A stretch of DNA of 64,000 nt from Amphiscolops sp. MND2022 (lineage: Eukaryota), in the NCBI GenBank assembly GCA_964187785.1, contig OZ076409.1, positions 6,202,001-6,266,000 of the forward strand. Direction: 5' to 3'. Position 1 is the stretch's first letter. Each line of letters starts with the position of its first letter. Under the pieces are notes generated by a model. That model worked only from the letters and a program-made list of their open reading frames with translations. It had not been told where the DNA came from and made no database searches. A program made the position numbers and the translations under genes. Shown piece after piece: positions 1-11,253 of the stretch.

Positions 1-112
1 CGTATGTAATAAATGCGTAGCCTTAAAAACAGCACAAACATACCAATTAACATTGACATAATAAACAGCAGCTGAAATAGCAAAACATTTTCTACCATTG
101 AACAATCAATTA

Positions 113-773
113 TTCCGTTTCTGCGTTGAGTGAAGCATATCAGATATTTTATATGAACAACCAATAGAAATTGATTAGCTTGATACAGCAAATCTCAATT
201 AATGTGAACGGAAAGGGAGCTTGAATGAACTAACGCTGCATGCGATTTTGTGTACATGTAGCTTTCTTTGGTCAGCGTTTAAATTTTAAAGCGTCGTTGG
301 TGATTCTTTTTGTTCTTTTTGCTAACTCACTTGGATGCTGATATTGTTCACTTGACTCCTGATTTTAAAGCACTTTTAGTTTGGTTGCCGGTGATTGGCT
401 GAAATTTTTCAACGAAAGCCAGGCGATCCACTTAACACCTGATATACTTCACTCAACGCGGAAACGGTGTACTCCGTTTCCTCGTTAAGTGAAGCATATC
501 AGATGCGAAGTGAAACATTTCCGCTTTCGTTCAAAATTTTAAGCCAATCACCGGCCACCAAACAAAAAGTGCTTTACAATCAGAAGTCAAGTGAACAATA
601 TTAGCATCCAAGTGAGTTAGCAAGAATGCTACCATACACCAAATCGCATGCAGCGTTCGTTCATTCAAGCTCCCGTTCCGTTCACATTAGTTGAGATTTG
701 CTGTATCAAGGTAATAATTTCTATTGGTTGTTCATTCAACATCTGATATGCTTCATTTAACGCGGAAACGGTG
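113..773. mobile_element. Two inverted, abutting copies of a TA-flanked MITE (113-469 and 472-773), Tc1/mariner-type
   Basis: Each copy has TIRs C(T/A)CCGTTTCCGCGTT(G/A)AGTGAAGCATATCAG. TA at 111-112 and 470-471. The interior of copy 2 is the reverse complement of copy 1. Confidence 0.8.
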
Positions 774-807
774 TTATTAAACCAATCAATTAGTTTAGAT
801 AGCGAAA

Positions 808-1439
808 TACAGTACTGTGATTAAGAAATCATCCCCCGATGAATTATGCGTCGTTATCAACTAATTAAAATTGCTTATTTACTCTCACTTTCAATTTTGA
901 TTATCGAATTGAATTAAACCTAAGGCGCAAAAAACTTGAGATGAGTTTTGACACCGCTAATTAGCGATTCAGCGGCGGTGCAGAAAGTTTTCTGCGATTC
1001 TATAACGATTCGAATTAGCGGGAACTAACATTGCCCGAATTCGACATTTCTTCTGAATGTAGAAGGAGTTTCAAAATGAATTCCGACTCTTAGAATAAAT
1101 AGTACTTACCCTTGTACAACCGACACAGTATAAAATTTTTTTCTCGCAAAAACTGAATTTTGTTATTTTAAAACATACTTGAAAATTTTTTCAACAAAAT
1201 AGCGATTTTGAACTTAGCGGTTTGGCCAAAAAATAGCGATGTCAAAACCCTGCTTGAGATATTTTCCCCAATTTGAGCATGTTTTTGAAAAAAAAATGGT
1301 CTGGGAATTTTAGATTCTATGGATTCTACAGATTGTCTAAAGTCCAATGGTATGTTTTTTATGCCAAAATTTTCGACAGATTCCGAGAAAATCGAGCCTT
1401 AAAATAGGTCAGGGACGATCTCTCAATCACAGTACTGTG
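808..1439. mobile_element. MITE with CAGTACTGTGATT TIRs, containing a nested hAT-type MITE (943-1252)
   Basis: Outer TIR: cagtactgtgattaagaaatcatccc / gggacgatctctcaatcacagtactg. Inner element gagttttgaca...tgtcaaaaccctg is flanked by the 8-bp TSD CTTGAGAT (935-942, 1253-1260). Related copies at ~8251-8580, ~11975-12330, and split across ~20307-20440 / ~23010-23185. Confidence 0.7.
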
Positions 1440-2756
1440 CTTAAAAACTGAATCATGAAAAACAGTAAGGCCAAAATTTGATTATCCAAACCTTGAATCA
1501 AGTAATCGGTTGATTTAATCGCGAACTAGTTTCGAATAATGTATAAAATTACAATAATTTTGAGAAATCATCTATTTTTAAAGTGATCAGTAAACGATTA
1601 ATTGAGAAATGTTCATGATCAACGCATTAAAATATTTACCAGACTAAAAATGACTGAATCATCACATGAAAAGTGCAAAGTAACGTCAAGAAATTTAAGA
1701 AACTCGAATGATGAATAAATTTTTAACCGATTATTATTCTAAGAGTAAAAACGACTAAACTAATTGACGATAATTGGTTAATATTTACTTAATTGACGGA
1801 TAATTGACTTAATAAGTTGAAGGATAAATTTTAGCATTAAAGATGAACAATCAAAAAGTTGGAAATGTCTGATGGAAACTGAACTTAACAGCAAATCATT
1901 CCGAAATAAAATAAGAAACCGCAGAAAAGAATGAAGCTCCAAGAGTCCCAATTACAAAATAATGAGAGTACGATACTTAAAATTTAGTTTCCCGATTCAT
2001 AAAATTGGAGTTAATTCCATCATGGTAAAAAAAACTTTGATTCCGATATTAACAAAAATAGGTTGAAGAAAATTGGTAATTATTCATTGCGTTAGAAAGC
2101 TATAAGATAATGAACAATTTGAGGTCTATTATAATGATTCGTTGAGTTACATTTCTCGCATGAAAATCCGCATTAAGGTGTTTTTTGAACAAAAATGAAG
2201 CATTTGTCTTAAATTGAGGAATGAAAAACTAGAAAGAATGGCAACTGTTACTCAATGTTCACATCAAGATGGTGATTTGGGCTCTTTTCTGTTTTCCCTC
2301 CCAACACCAAAATTTTAGAAAGTAAATTTTCTTAAAATTCAAGACTAGCCTAATTAAAAGTAAAGCCTTCTTTCATACCGCTTCTTCATATTGAAGGAAG
2401 TTAACTTCTATTAGAGTAGATTTCCGCTTGAACAAAACATTGTTCACACATTTTGACTATAATTTTGATCGTATTCACTGTTTTTTGTGACTCAGAACAG
2501 GAAGCAGGTAATTTTCTTATCAAAATTGAGTGACTTCATTCGCAAAAATAGTGTGAACAAACTTTATATCTCAATTCCAAATCGTCACACTGCGGAAATG
2601 AATTAAAATCGAAGGTTTCTGGTTTGTATTCAAGTCTTTTAAATTTTTTTTCACTAATTTTCCAAAAAAGTTTTGTTGGTGGGGGGGAAACAGAAAGAGC
2701 ACTGCTTTGCATTAGGAGTGGGGTTTGAGTGAATAAAGAAACAGTTTTGGCTTTAC

Positions 2757-2805
2757 CTTTGGGCTGTCTGCTCTCTCGATCGGTGGGAATGAGAATGTCA
2801 GTGAC
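2757..2805 (-). CDS. DAZAP1: DAZAP1/Hrb27C-like RRM protein, coding exon 5 (VTDILIPTDRESRQPK-G, RRM2); next exon not found in the window
   Basis: Acceptor ttgtttcag|GTC and donor AAAG|gtaaag. Phase 0 start matches the end of exon 4. Stops just before the expected RNP1 (GFGF). Confidence 0.8.
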
Positions 2806-3127
2806 CTGAAACAACAAAACAAACGATACACAATGATTTATATGTAATGAGAACTTAGATTTTTTTGTTAATTCCCCAGGAGCGATACGTATAAGACAAG
2901 GAAACTCCGTAACTGGAACATAAAAAGACGGGAACGTCTAAAGTCGGCGCTATATCTAAGGCTCGAAAAGCGCAAAGTTTTTTAAATATGCCAAGGACGT
3001 ATTCATGACACAGAGGCGAAGCCGTGCTTCGCAACACATGACGAAGACAACGATTATTTTAATATGCGTATATATATTATTTTAATCGCATGCGTATATA
3101 TTCAACAGTTCAACTTTATTCAATAAC

Positions 3128-3199
3128 GTCCTTATGGCACAGTGGTTAACACTTATGCCGCGCAATCGGGAGGCTGCAGGTTCGAATCTCTCTGGGGTT
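3128..3199 (+). repeat. Degenerate tRNA-derived (SINE-head-like) sequence
   Basis: A-box TGGCACAGTGG and B-box GGTTCGAATC at tRNA spacing, but acceptor and anticodon stems pair poorly. Confidence 0.55.
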
Positions 3200-4016
3200 T
3201 TGGCTTTTCTCTAAAAGGCGCTTATTATGAAGTTGGTTATTGTGGAAAAAAAACTTTCTTAGCTGGACTGCAATGCACATTGACTTCGTCATGTGCAAAA
3301 AGCTTTGAAGTTTCGAGACACCCAAAGTGTGCCTTTCATGATTGATATGACTGGGAAATCACTTTTTCCCCGACTGGGAAAAAGCTTTTATTGAAAAAAA
3401 GACTTCGTACTTTTTTCTTTCGAAAATGTCGAATAGTGCCGAAAAATGAAAAGGGGACCCTTTGCGATTCATTAACATACAATTCTGTTGCAAAATATTT
3501 TGGGGGACTCCTCGAAGGGGGACTCGAAGGGGGACTCCTTTGAGACATAAAATTTTTTGGAAAAAAATTTCGCACAGCACCGAAAAAATTGAAAGGGGGA
3601 CCCTTTGGTCTCGTCCGGTTTTGTAGGTTACGTAAAAAAAGGTAAAAAATGAAAGGGACCCTTTGCACTAAGTTTGCATTGGCCGGACTTAGTCTGAGTA
3701 GTTTTAGTAGTTTCTGTAAAAAGTGGTACATACACGATGAGGTCTGTGGTCTGACGAAAAAAAAAAGAAAACTAGCCACTGTAATAGTCGGGCTCTTTTC
3801 ACTAGAAAAGTGCCGACTAAAACACCACTTTTTTGAAAAATTCTTCGGAAAGGTCTCATAGTGCCGAAAAAAGAGCAAGCTCGCAAAACGCTTTTCCAAA
3901 CCGAAAACATTCATATAAAAGTGAAAAGGGTACCTCTTGACCAAATGGAATTTTTCCAAAAAAGTCCCACAGTATCGAAAAAACCATCAGTCTCCCCTCT
4001 ACGTCTGCAAGCGTAA

Positions 4017-4372
4017 ACAAGCCGGGACAAGTCGGCGCCATATCTAAGACTCAAAAATAGCAAAAGGACTTCAAAGTGTGAAGTATTCTCTTCTAGAGTA
4101 CCCGCGTGAGGATAAAATTGAAAAAAATCCTATTTTTTGGTCTCCGGTAAGTCGCATAGTGCCGAAAAATGTAAAAGGGGGCCTTTGGGAGTTTTTGAAC
4201 ATCCATTCTTTTGCAATAAATAAACTCTATGCCTAAATAAACTCTATGCCAAGTGCCAGTAGTCTCTATGCAGTTAGTGGAAGCCAGCTTATAAAATCTG
4301 TCACTTCGTTGGTCTTAAAAAAAAGAAAAGTCACTACTAAAGTCTGCGTTTTTCTACGAAAAGCGCCGACTA
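4017..4372 (+). mobile_element. HINE/DINE-1-like (Helentron-associated) non-autonomous element
   Basis: 5' ACAAG...AAGTCGGCGCCATATCTAAG and 3' GCGCCGACTA subterminal inverted repeats, a 3' stem-loop (TAGTCG...CGACTA, clearest in other copies), and an internal GCCGAAAAA...AAAGGGGG module. Family members or fragments at ~2927-3000, ~3420-3820, 4906-5361, ~5590-6240, 8743-9035, ~9330-9780 and ~13940-14350. Confidence 0.55.
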
Positions 4373-4681
4373 AAAAATGTTCCAACGCAGGATTCGAACC
4401 CACGTACCCGCAGTTGAACTCACTGAAAGGAAGTTATACTGTAGGTCAAGCAGCATATAAATTACACATGATTTGAGCTTTACAAATGCTGACAGAAATA
4501 TGAACCAGCAGTTCGCTGGTCCTAAAAAAGCCACTACTAGAGTCCGCGCTTGCTACTAAATCGCCGACTGAAAAAAAATAGAAAAGGATATTCTAAGAAT
4601 GCTGAATGTGTCTGGGTAGGCCCCCAAGCTTGCATGTATGAGGGGTGTAGGAGTGGAATGGGTGAGAATTGTGGGACTAAC

Positions 4682-4828
4682 ATTTCCATACTGTCCGAAG
4701 TACTCCCTGAGCGTAGCCTCGTCGCAGCCATGGCGGGGCAGTCCCCCGATGAACAGTTTGTAGGGGTGGTCGCCCGCAGCCGGTCTGTGGTTGAAGGCCG
4801 CGTCTCCTCCGGGACCCCTTCGCTCACC
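4682..4828 (-). CDS. DAZAP1: DAZAP1-like coding exon 4 (linker end and RRM2 start: KLFIGGLPRHGCDEATLREYFGQYGN)
   Basis: ctgccccatag|GGT...GGA AAT|gttagt; 147 nt, phase 0/0; RNP2 motif LFIGGL. Confidence 0.9.
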
Positions 4829-4905
4829 CTATGGGGCAGAAAAACAACACACAAAGCATTAGTAGTTCCCTTATAATAATATTTTAATTCATCTGGTATC
4901 TACTA

Positions 4906-5361
4906 ACAAGCCGAGAACGGCCCAAGTCGGCGCCATATCTAAGGCTCAAAAATAGCAAAAGGACTTTAAAATGTCAAAGTATTGGTGAATTGGTGACCTT
5001 TTTATGAAAACAAAAATTGAAAAAAAAGTCTCACAATGCCGAAAAAACTGAAAGGGGGGACCCTTTGGGACTTTTCAACATCCGTTCTGTCGGAAAACTC
5101 CAAAAACAATTGAAGGGGGACCCTTTGGGGAATATTTTTTTTCGAAAAAAAGGTCTCACAGATCCGAAAATACTCTAAGGGAGTACCCTTGGGTCCCGTT
5201 GAGTTTCTTAGATGTAAAAATACTACTTCGTAAGCTAAGTAAGAATTTTAAGATTGTAAGAATTGTAAGAAAAGTGGACCACACAGAGTGAGATTGTCAG
5301 CTGAAAAAAACTAACCACTGTAATAGTCGGGATATTTCCTTAAGGGAAAAGGCGCCGACTA
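4906..5361 (+). mobile_element. HINE/DINE-1-like element copy
   Basis: Same 5' AAGTCGGCGCCATATCTAAGGCTC head and 3' TAGTCGGG...GGCGCCGACTA end as 4017-4372. Confidence 0.55.
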
Positions 5362-6297
5362 CAAATGACATGTCACGGATGAATACTTATTGCTAACACA
5401 GAGGCGAAGCCGTGCTTCGCAAACACTTGCGAAGAAAGTTGCGAACTTTTGAAGAAACCCAAATAAGCAATATCATACGGAGAGCCAAGGGTAAAAGGAC
5501 ATTGTTAAAATTTCATCAATTTTACAGCGCCAAAAAATCCCGAAGGAATACCCATAAATCTCGAAAACAATTCTTCTCCAAGTGGAAACAACAGAAAACC
5601 CATCTTTCTCAACCGTAAACCTTTTAAAAAAAAACAGAAAATTGAGGAAAAAATTTTTTCGGAATTTTTCGAAAAATTTTTTTGATGAAGGTCTCCGACA
5701 AGTCGCATAGTGCCGAAAACCTTGAGCAGTGCTTTATGCTCGCAAAACGATTCGTTTCTAGTAAAAATTGGGGCTTCGATGAAAACAAATTAGAAAAAAG
5801 TCGCATAGAAAAAACACTGGTCTTTAAAAAAAAACAAAAATCGGATATAGCGTGCTGGGCCTGAGAAAACCTAATTTTAAGACAAAAATTATTCGATTTG
5901 AAAAATCTCAAAATGCCGAAAACTGTAAAAGGGGGGCACTTTGAGATTTTTTTAACATACAATCTGTTGCAAAATACCAAAAAAAATGAAGCGAGGAATC
6001 TTTGGTGACATAAAAAAATTGCGAAAAAAAATCACGAAGCCGTAATAACATGCACAAAAAATTTTGGCCAGGGGCGAGACTCGAACCCACGTCCTTCTGC
6101 TTGGCAGACCTCAAAAAATCCTAATTAACCTCTATGACAAGTGCCAGTAGAAGTTGCGACTTGCACGGCCACAAATTCAGACTATGCGACTTGCGGTCTG
6201 AAACGAGAGAGTTGTCGCGCGGAAAAAAACCCGCACTTTCCCATAACACTTGCTTATCGCAAGTGTAATTAGTAACTAATTAGTGAGTAGTAGTTAC

Positions 6298-6447
6298 CTG
6301 TGGGCCTCGCATCATGCCCCCTCTGCCGAAGCCGTTGCCGCCCCTGTTCTGGTAGCCGCCCCCACCCATCATGCCGGCCACGCTGCTGTTCTGGCCGAAG
6401 TTGCCGCCCTGTCCGTACGTCTTCTGCTTCAGGGGCTTGGCGTCGAT
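6298..6447 (-). CDS. DAZAP1: DAZAP1-like coding exon 3 (IDAKP plus Gly/RGG-rich linker)
   Basis: ctgttctag|ATC GAC GCC AAG...CCA CAG|gtaact; 150 nt, phase 0/0; GC-rich codons. Confidence 0.9.
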
Positions 6448-7670
6448 CTAGAACAGAAGCAGTGTTGTGCATTTCTATTTTTTGAAATAATTTGTTTTCT
6501 TATAATTGCTTTAACTTGAAAATTTTGAAGAAGTTATTAAAACTTCATAAAAATAGATCGAGTTGACTCCCGTCTCTAACGCCGAGGTTCGATTCACATT
6601 GAGAGTACATTTTCTCTTTATTTGAACTATTACTATTCATTTACATGATTATTCCTTTGAATGAATCGCTTTTAAAGGTTGGAAAATTTAAATGATCCTT
6701 TATATTATCCTTTAATTGTCAACACTGAATAGAAGCACAACCATTATCAAATCCAAGCTTGTTGTTAATCATACAGCTTTTTCACGAAAAATGTTTTAAT
6801 TAGGACTTTCAACGAAATTCATACTGATATTTTCATCTTGGGAAAACTACCGTGGAAAACAATGTGTTATGCGCAACGGTTTTTCATTTGTTGCCAATAT
6901 TTCATTGTACAAAAATTTGACAGAGGACTAGAAAGCAAGAAAGTTGTTCACTTCATTGAATTTTTTCCAGATATCATTCACACGAGGCGTTTTGATCTGT
7001 GAACAAAACCGAACAAATTGAACAGTCAGAACTAGACCATAAACAACTGAAAAGAAATGTCTGAAAAAAACAAGTGTTTTTTATTGTTTTGTTCACATTA
7101 TTTTCATGTTTCATTCTTGAATAAACCACCTTAACAACCTTGCTGACACTTTTATCCTTAACTGGGCCAAACAAAAATGGTGCTTCTTTTTTCAGTTTTT
7201 CAAGATATATGGCACTGAAACTTATCAAAAAACATTACTCCTTAACATTTTTTGATTATTTTTTCATTAGTTCATTTTCTACATATGTGCCATATTCGGG
7301 ACGCTGGTCTACTCTGGTCGAAATTGAAAAAAAATAGATTCGAAAATGAATTGCAAAACATGATCAACTTTCGATTTGATAAGAAGAATGAAGAAATGAG
7401 CACTTAATAGCTGTTTTCAGGCATAGTGGGAGTCTTGAAAACAGTTTGAGCCTTTTTTGATGCATAGATGCCTATTGCATTCGAACATGAAACAGAAATG
7501 ACGTAATCGTTAACTTTCTCACTGTGCCATATATAATAGCAATATAATAATGTCTGGAAAAAAACAAAGTTTTTAAAATTGTTTTAATGTTTTTTCTTGT
7601 GTTTTTTTTCATGAATAAACCACCTTAACAACCTTGAAAAAAAAAACGTTTCAATACACGTCGGTAGCAG

Positions 7671-8186
7671 GGCGCGACTACAATTCTCAGGTGAAAACAC
7701 TGCGTTGAGCGTGAAGCGACGATTCGTCCGAAGCGACAATTCGTCCCATATTCCAAAAAACGACAATTCGTCCCAAGCGACAATCCGTCCCATTTTGGAA
7801 AGGCGACAATTCGTCCCAATTATTAAAAGCTGCAATTTGTCCCCAATTTAATTGCCAATAAAGACCTTTGTAATAATGAATAATAAGGAAAGATTACAAT
7901 TAGAGGCAGGTGCCAACAATTAATTTTAACATTCCACGACTAGTACGTTCAAATGCATTATTTTCTAATTATTGTCACGTGGTTGAATGAATTCATTTGT
8001 AGTTGGTTTGATTATTTCTTTCGTTTCAACCTTCAAAAGGTTGGTAATTAGCTTATCAATTAAACAATTTGGGACGAATTGTCGCCTTTTCAAAATGGGA
8101 CGAATTGTCGCCTTTTCAAAATGGGACGAATTGACGCTTGGGACGAATTGTCGCTTTTTGGAATTTGGGGCGAATTGTCGCCCAAC
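7671..8186. mobile_element. MITE with arrays of CGACAATTCGTCCC / GGGACGAATTGTCG subterminal repeats
   Basis: Inverted arrays of the 14-mer at both ends; second copy at ~14684-15028 shares internal sequence. Confidence 0.7.
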
Positions 8187-9062
8187 TAACGTTGAGAAAA
8201 CTTGTCCGAAGAACAAAGCTGAATTACGTGAAAAAATGGAATCTCAACATCAGAGTTTTGACACCTCTAATCAGCAATTTAGCGAATTAAAGGCCACGCA
8301 TAATTTTTTCAGCGATTCAAATTAACAGCAACAAATAGGTTGTTCAAATAAAAATTTCCTAGGAAAAAACAAGTAGTTTTAATTTGAAGTCCGAAAAATT
8401 CCAACTCTTACACTCGTATAACTAACTCACAGTGTGAGAAATTTTTCTTGCAAAAATTGAAGTAAATTATCATTGGATTTCAAAACATTCTTGAATTCAG
8501 TTCAATGGTTTGAAAAAAATGTTTTTCAGCGAGATTTTGAAATGAGCGGTTTAGGGATTAGCGAAGAAAAATAAGCGATGTACTACTTACACTCTTGCCA
8601 TCGATGGTGTCAAATATCAGGGGAAGAAGTAGGACTTTTAAAACGTGGTTCTTTTAGTGCCATTTCCAGTCAGAAGTTTTCAAATCAGTTATTCAGATTT
8701 TCATTAATTGAATAGCGATTTTGAAAGTAGCGGTTTAGCGAAACAAGCCGGCAACGGCCCAAGTGGGCGCCATATCTAAGGCTCAACAATTGCAAAAGGT
8801 CTTCAAAGTGTCAAGTATTCTCTCACAGTACCCGAAAAGCCCAAAAGTTGGATAAAATTGGCGCAAAAAAACGTGTGTAACGCGGAAAAAAACAGGAAAA
8901 CCTTTTTGGTTCAGTTCGCTAGGCACCATAAAATTTTGTAGAAGTTTATAGAACTATTTTGGTCAGTTCGTGTGGATTGAACAAGAAGAGTCACTACAAT
9001 AGTCGCGTTTCGCTTCATGAAGCGCCCGCCGACTAAAAAATAAGCGGCGATGTACTACTTAC

Positions 9063-9273
9063 ACTCTTGCCGTCGATGGTGTGGTTGCCGGCAGCGAGGG
9101 CTGTCTGCACGCTGTCGGGGTCCTTGAACTTGATGAAGCCGAAGCCCCTCGAGTTGCCAGTGACGTTGTCCCTCACCACCGTCGACTCCATGATCTCCCC
9201 GAACTTGGTGAAGTACTGTGTCAGCGTCTCCTCGTTGCAGTTGCGCGGCAGTCCCCCCAGAAAGATCTTTCCT
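9063..9273 (-). CDS. DAZAP1: DAZAP1-like coding exon 2 (RRM1: GKIFLGGLP...SRGFGFIKFKDPDSVQTALAAGNHTIDGKS)
   Basis: ttttctgcag|A GGA AAG...AAG AGT|gtaagt. RNP2 and RNP1 present; SRGFGF.KFKDP and HT.DG..ID.KP are characteristic of DAZAP1/Hrb27C. Confidence 0.92.
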
Positions 9274-10065
9274 CTGCAGAAAACACGAGAAACTGTCTTT
9301 TAAAGATGACAACAGGCTTTTTTGGAAAAGAAAATAAAAAATCTCAGTGCCGAAAAATATTACCAAGAGGGGACTCATGCAGTGGTCATATTAAATATAC
9401 CAACGGGCTTTTGTGGAAAAAATGAAAAATCTCACAGTGCCGAAAAATTGCCAAAACGGGAGGGCCCATGCAGTGGTTCTTTTAAATATGCCAACAGGCT
9501 TTTTTTTTAAAAAAAAAGAAATTGAAAAATCTCACAGTGCCGAAAAATTTCCAAAAGGGGACTCTTTGGTCCCATACAGTTTTGCAATTAAGGTCAAAAT
9601 GTACAACAATCGAAGGGAGAACTCTTCGGATCCTAGGGCTTACAGTCTGTAAAAAGTCGACAATTGAGAATGAGCTCTGTGGTTCTGGAAGAAATAACTG
9701 AAAGCAGGGCTTATTTTCTAACAAAAAACGCCGAAAAAAATCAAAACGAGTCACTACACATTTTAGACCGCAAAAGCACTAATCTAGCAAATTCTACGTT
9801 GTTTGTGATAGAAAAAAACGCAGTGCCGCTGCACCGCTTTCAGCAAATGATTAAAATTCAAAAATCTATTTTTCTGATTTTAAACAAATCAGTGGAAGAA
9901 CTGTTGCATGACTTTTTGGAGACACGGTATTTCAAATTTTGAAACAATTTATCTCAAAATTGAGAGAACACCAATGTGGAAATATATTAAAACTTTCTCT
10001 TTTCTAAACTTTATCTGCCCATGATTGAAAGCGTAATTGACAAGAAAGACACACTGTGTACTTAC

Positions 10066-10079
10066 ACGTTGTTATCCAT
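10066..10079 (-). CDS. DAZAP1: DAZAP1-like first coding segment (ATG GAT AAC AAC GT|, giving MDNNV)
   Basis: ATG at 10079 followed by a perfect GTAAGT donor at phase 2, completing GT+A (Val) with exon 2. Plausible 5'UTR intron at 10148-10334 (GTAAGC...TTTTCAG). Confidence 0.75.
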
Positions 10080-10639
10080 ATTTGTCTAGATGATTGATGA
10101 TTTCTTGATATTCTAATGAAGATTTTGAAGATGCACAACAAAAAAATCTGAAAATAGAACAACCAAATTCACAAAATGTTTCCAAGTCTACTTGTGAATA
10201 TTCACCAAAATTGACTTGCCGTTGAGCCGAAAGCATTTTAAAATCGCCGCAAGAATTCGTTTCGGATGAAATACAACATAATTGGTATCAATTTGAATTA
10301 ATTAGGACGATTTAAATACATGTTCACAGCTTACCGCAGAAAAACGACATAATTAGAAAATTGAGTTCAAGAAATAGCAACAAGAAGTCAATGCCATTGG
10401 CGTTTCACGTGTTTGGGTTAGCTGTTGAAGCAATTAAGTTATTATCGACTAACGAAAAGAGCCAAATATCCTTATATTCCAATGTTATGAATTGACAATT
10501 GATAATTCATAATTGAAATATGAGCAATGGAATCTCTATCACTATATCCCCCCCTACAGCAAAAAGGGGGGACATAGTGAAACGCTATTAAATACATGTA
10601 TTGCAAATTCTAATAGCGCAGATCTGCTCTTATCTAACA

Positions 10640-10760
10640 ACGCTTCTGATTGGCTGAGTGGGGATTTTGATAATAAGAACCAATAAAAAGTGTCGTTAGT
10701 TATGACGAGATCAATTGATTGACAGAATAGCATGTGAGATTAGCCAATAGGAGATAAATA
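10640..10760. promoter_or_regulatory. Cluster of CCAAT boxes upstream of the DAZAP1-like gene (putative promoter)
   Basis: ATTGG/CCAAT at ~10649, ~10680 and ~10744, 300-400 bp upstream of the putative non-coding first exon; position-based inference only. Confidence 0.3.
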
Positions 10761-10890
10761 TAAATGAGCCGAGCAATGCTATGAATGATAATTAGGTCAT
10801 GGTATCTGTCAATACTTCCAAAGGTATCTTTTTAAACATCATTCCGCTTATGGATTAAATCATTTTCTTCTATATACCAATGTACAGATT

Positions 10891-11253
10891 GGGAACTGTT
10901 CAATTCGTCGAACACGTATTAATTTAGCGAGCATGGTATGACGTAATGGAATGAATTGATTTCGGCCAATCAAATTAGAGCATTCAAAATTACGATAACG
11001 TAGTTAGCTATGTTCACATACCCCTAGTGCCCTAAATGCAGGAGCGAAGCGAAGCGGAGCGACGTGCCATATGGCCATGCCTCAATATTGCTACTTGGCG
11101 AAGGGAGCGAAGCGACCGAGCCATACAACAAATATGCTAATCGCCACAAAATATAACCAAAAGAAAATAATCGCTGATATGAAATTCTTTCGACGAATTG
11201 AATAGCTTTTCATTTTTCGACGATTTGAATGTTCGACGAATTGAAGTTGCACC
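10891..11253 (+). mobile_element. MULE-type MITE carrying core 1
   Basis: 9-bp TSD GTACAGATT (10882-10890, 11254-11262); TIRs GG...TTCAATTCGTCGAACA; internal core tatgttcacatacccctagtgccc...gagcgaagcgaccgagccatacaacaaata. Confidence 0.85.

Noticed and set aside
3128..3199. Functional tRNA gene
   Set aside because: A and B boxes are present but the acceptor and anticodon stems do not pair.
9081..9425. Plus-strand ORFs over the RRM and EXD1 exons (also 4550-4876, 6283-6519, 13418-13690)
   Set aside because: Antisense shadows of GC-rich coding exons, with no independent motifs.
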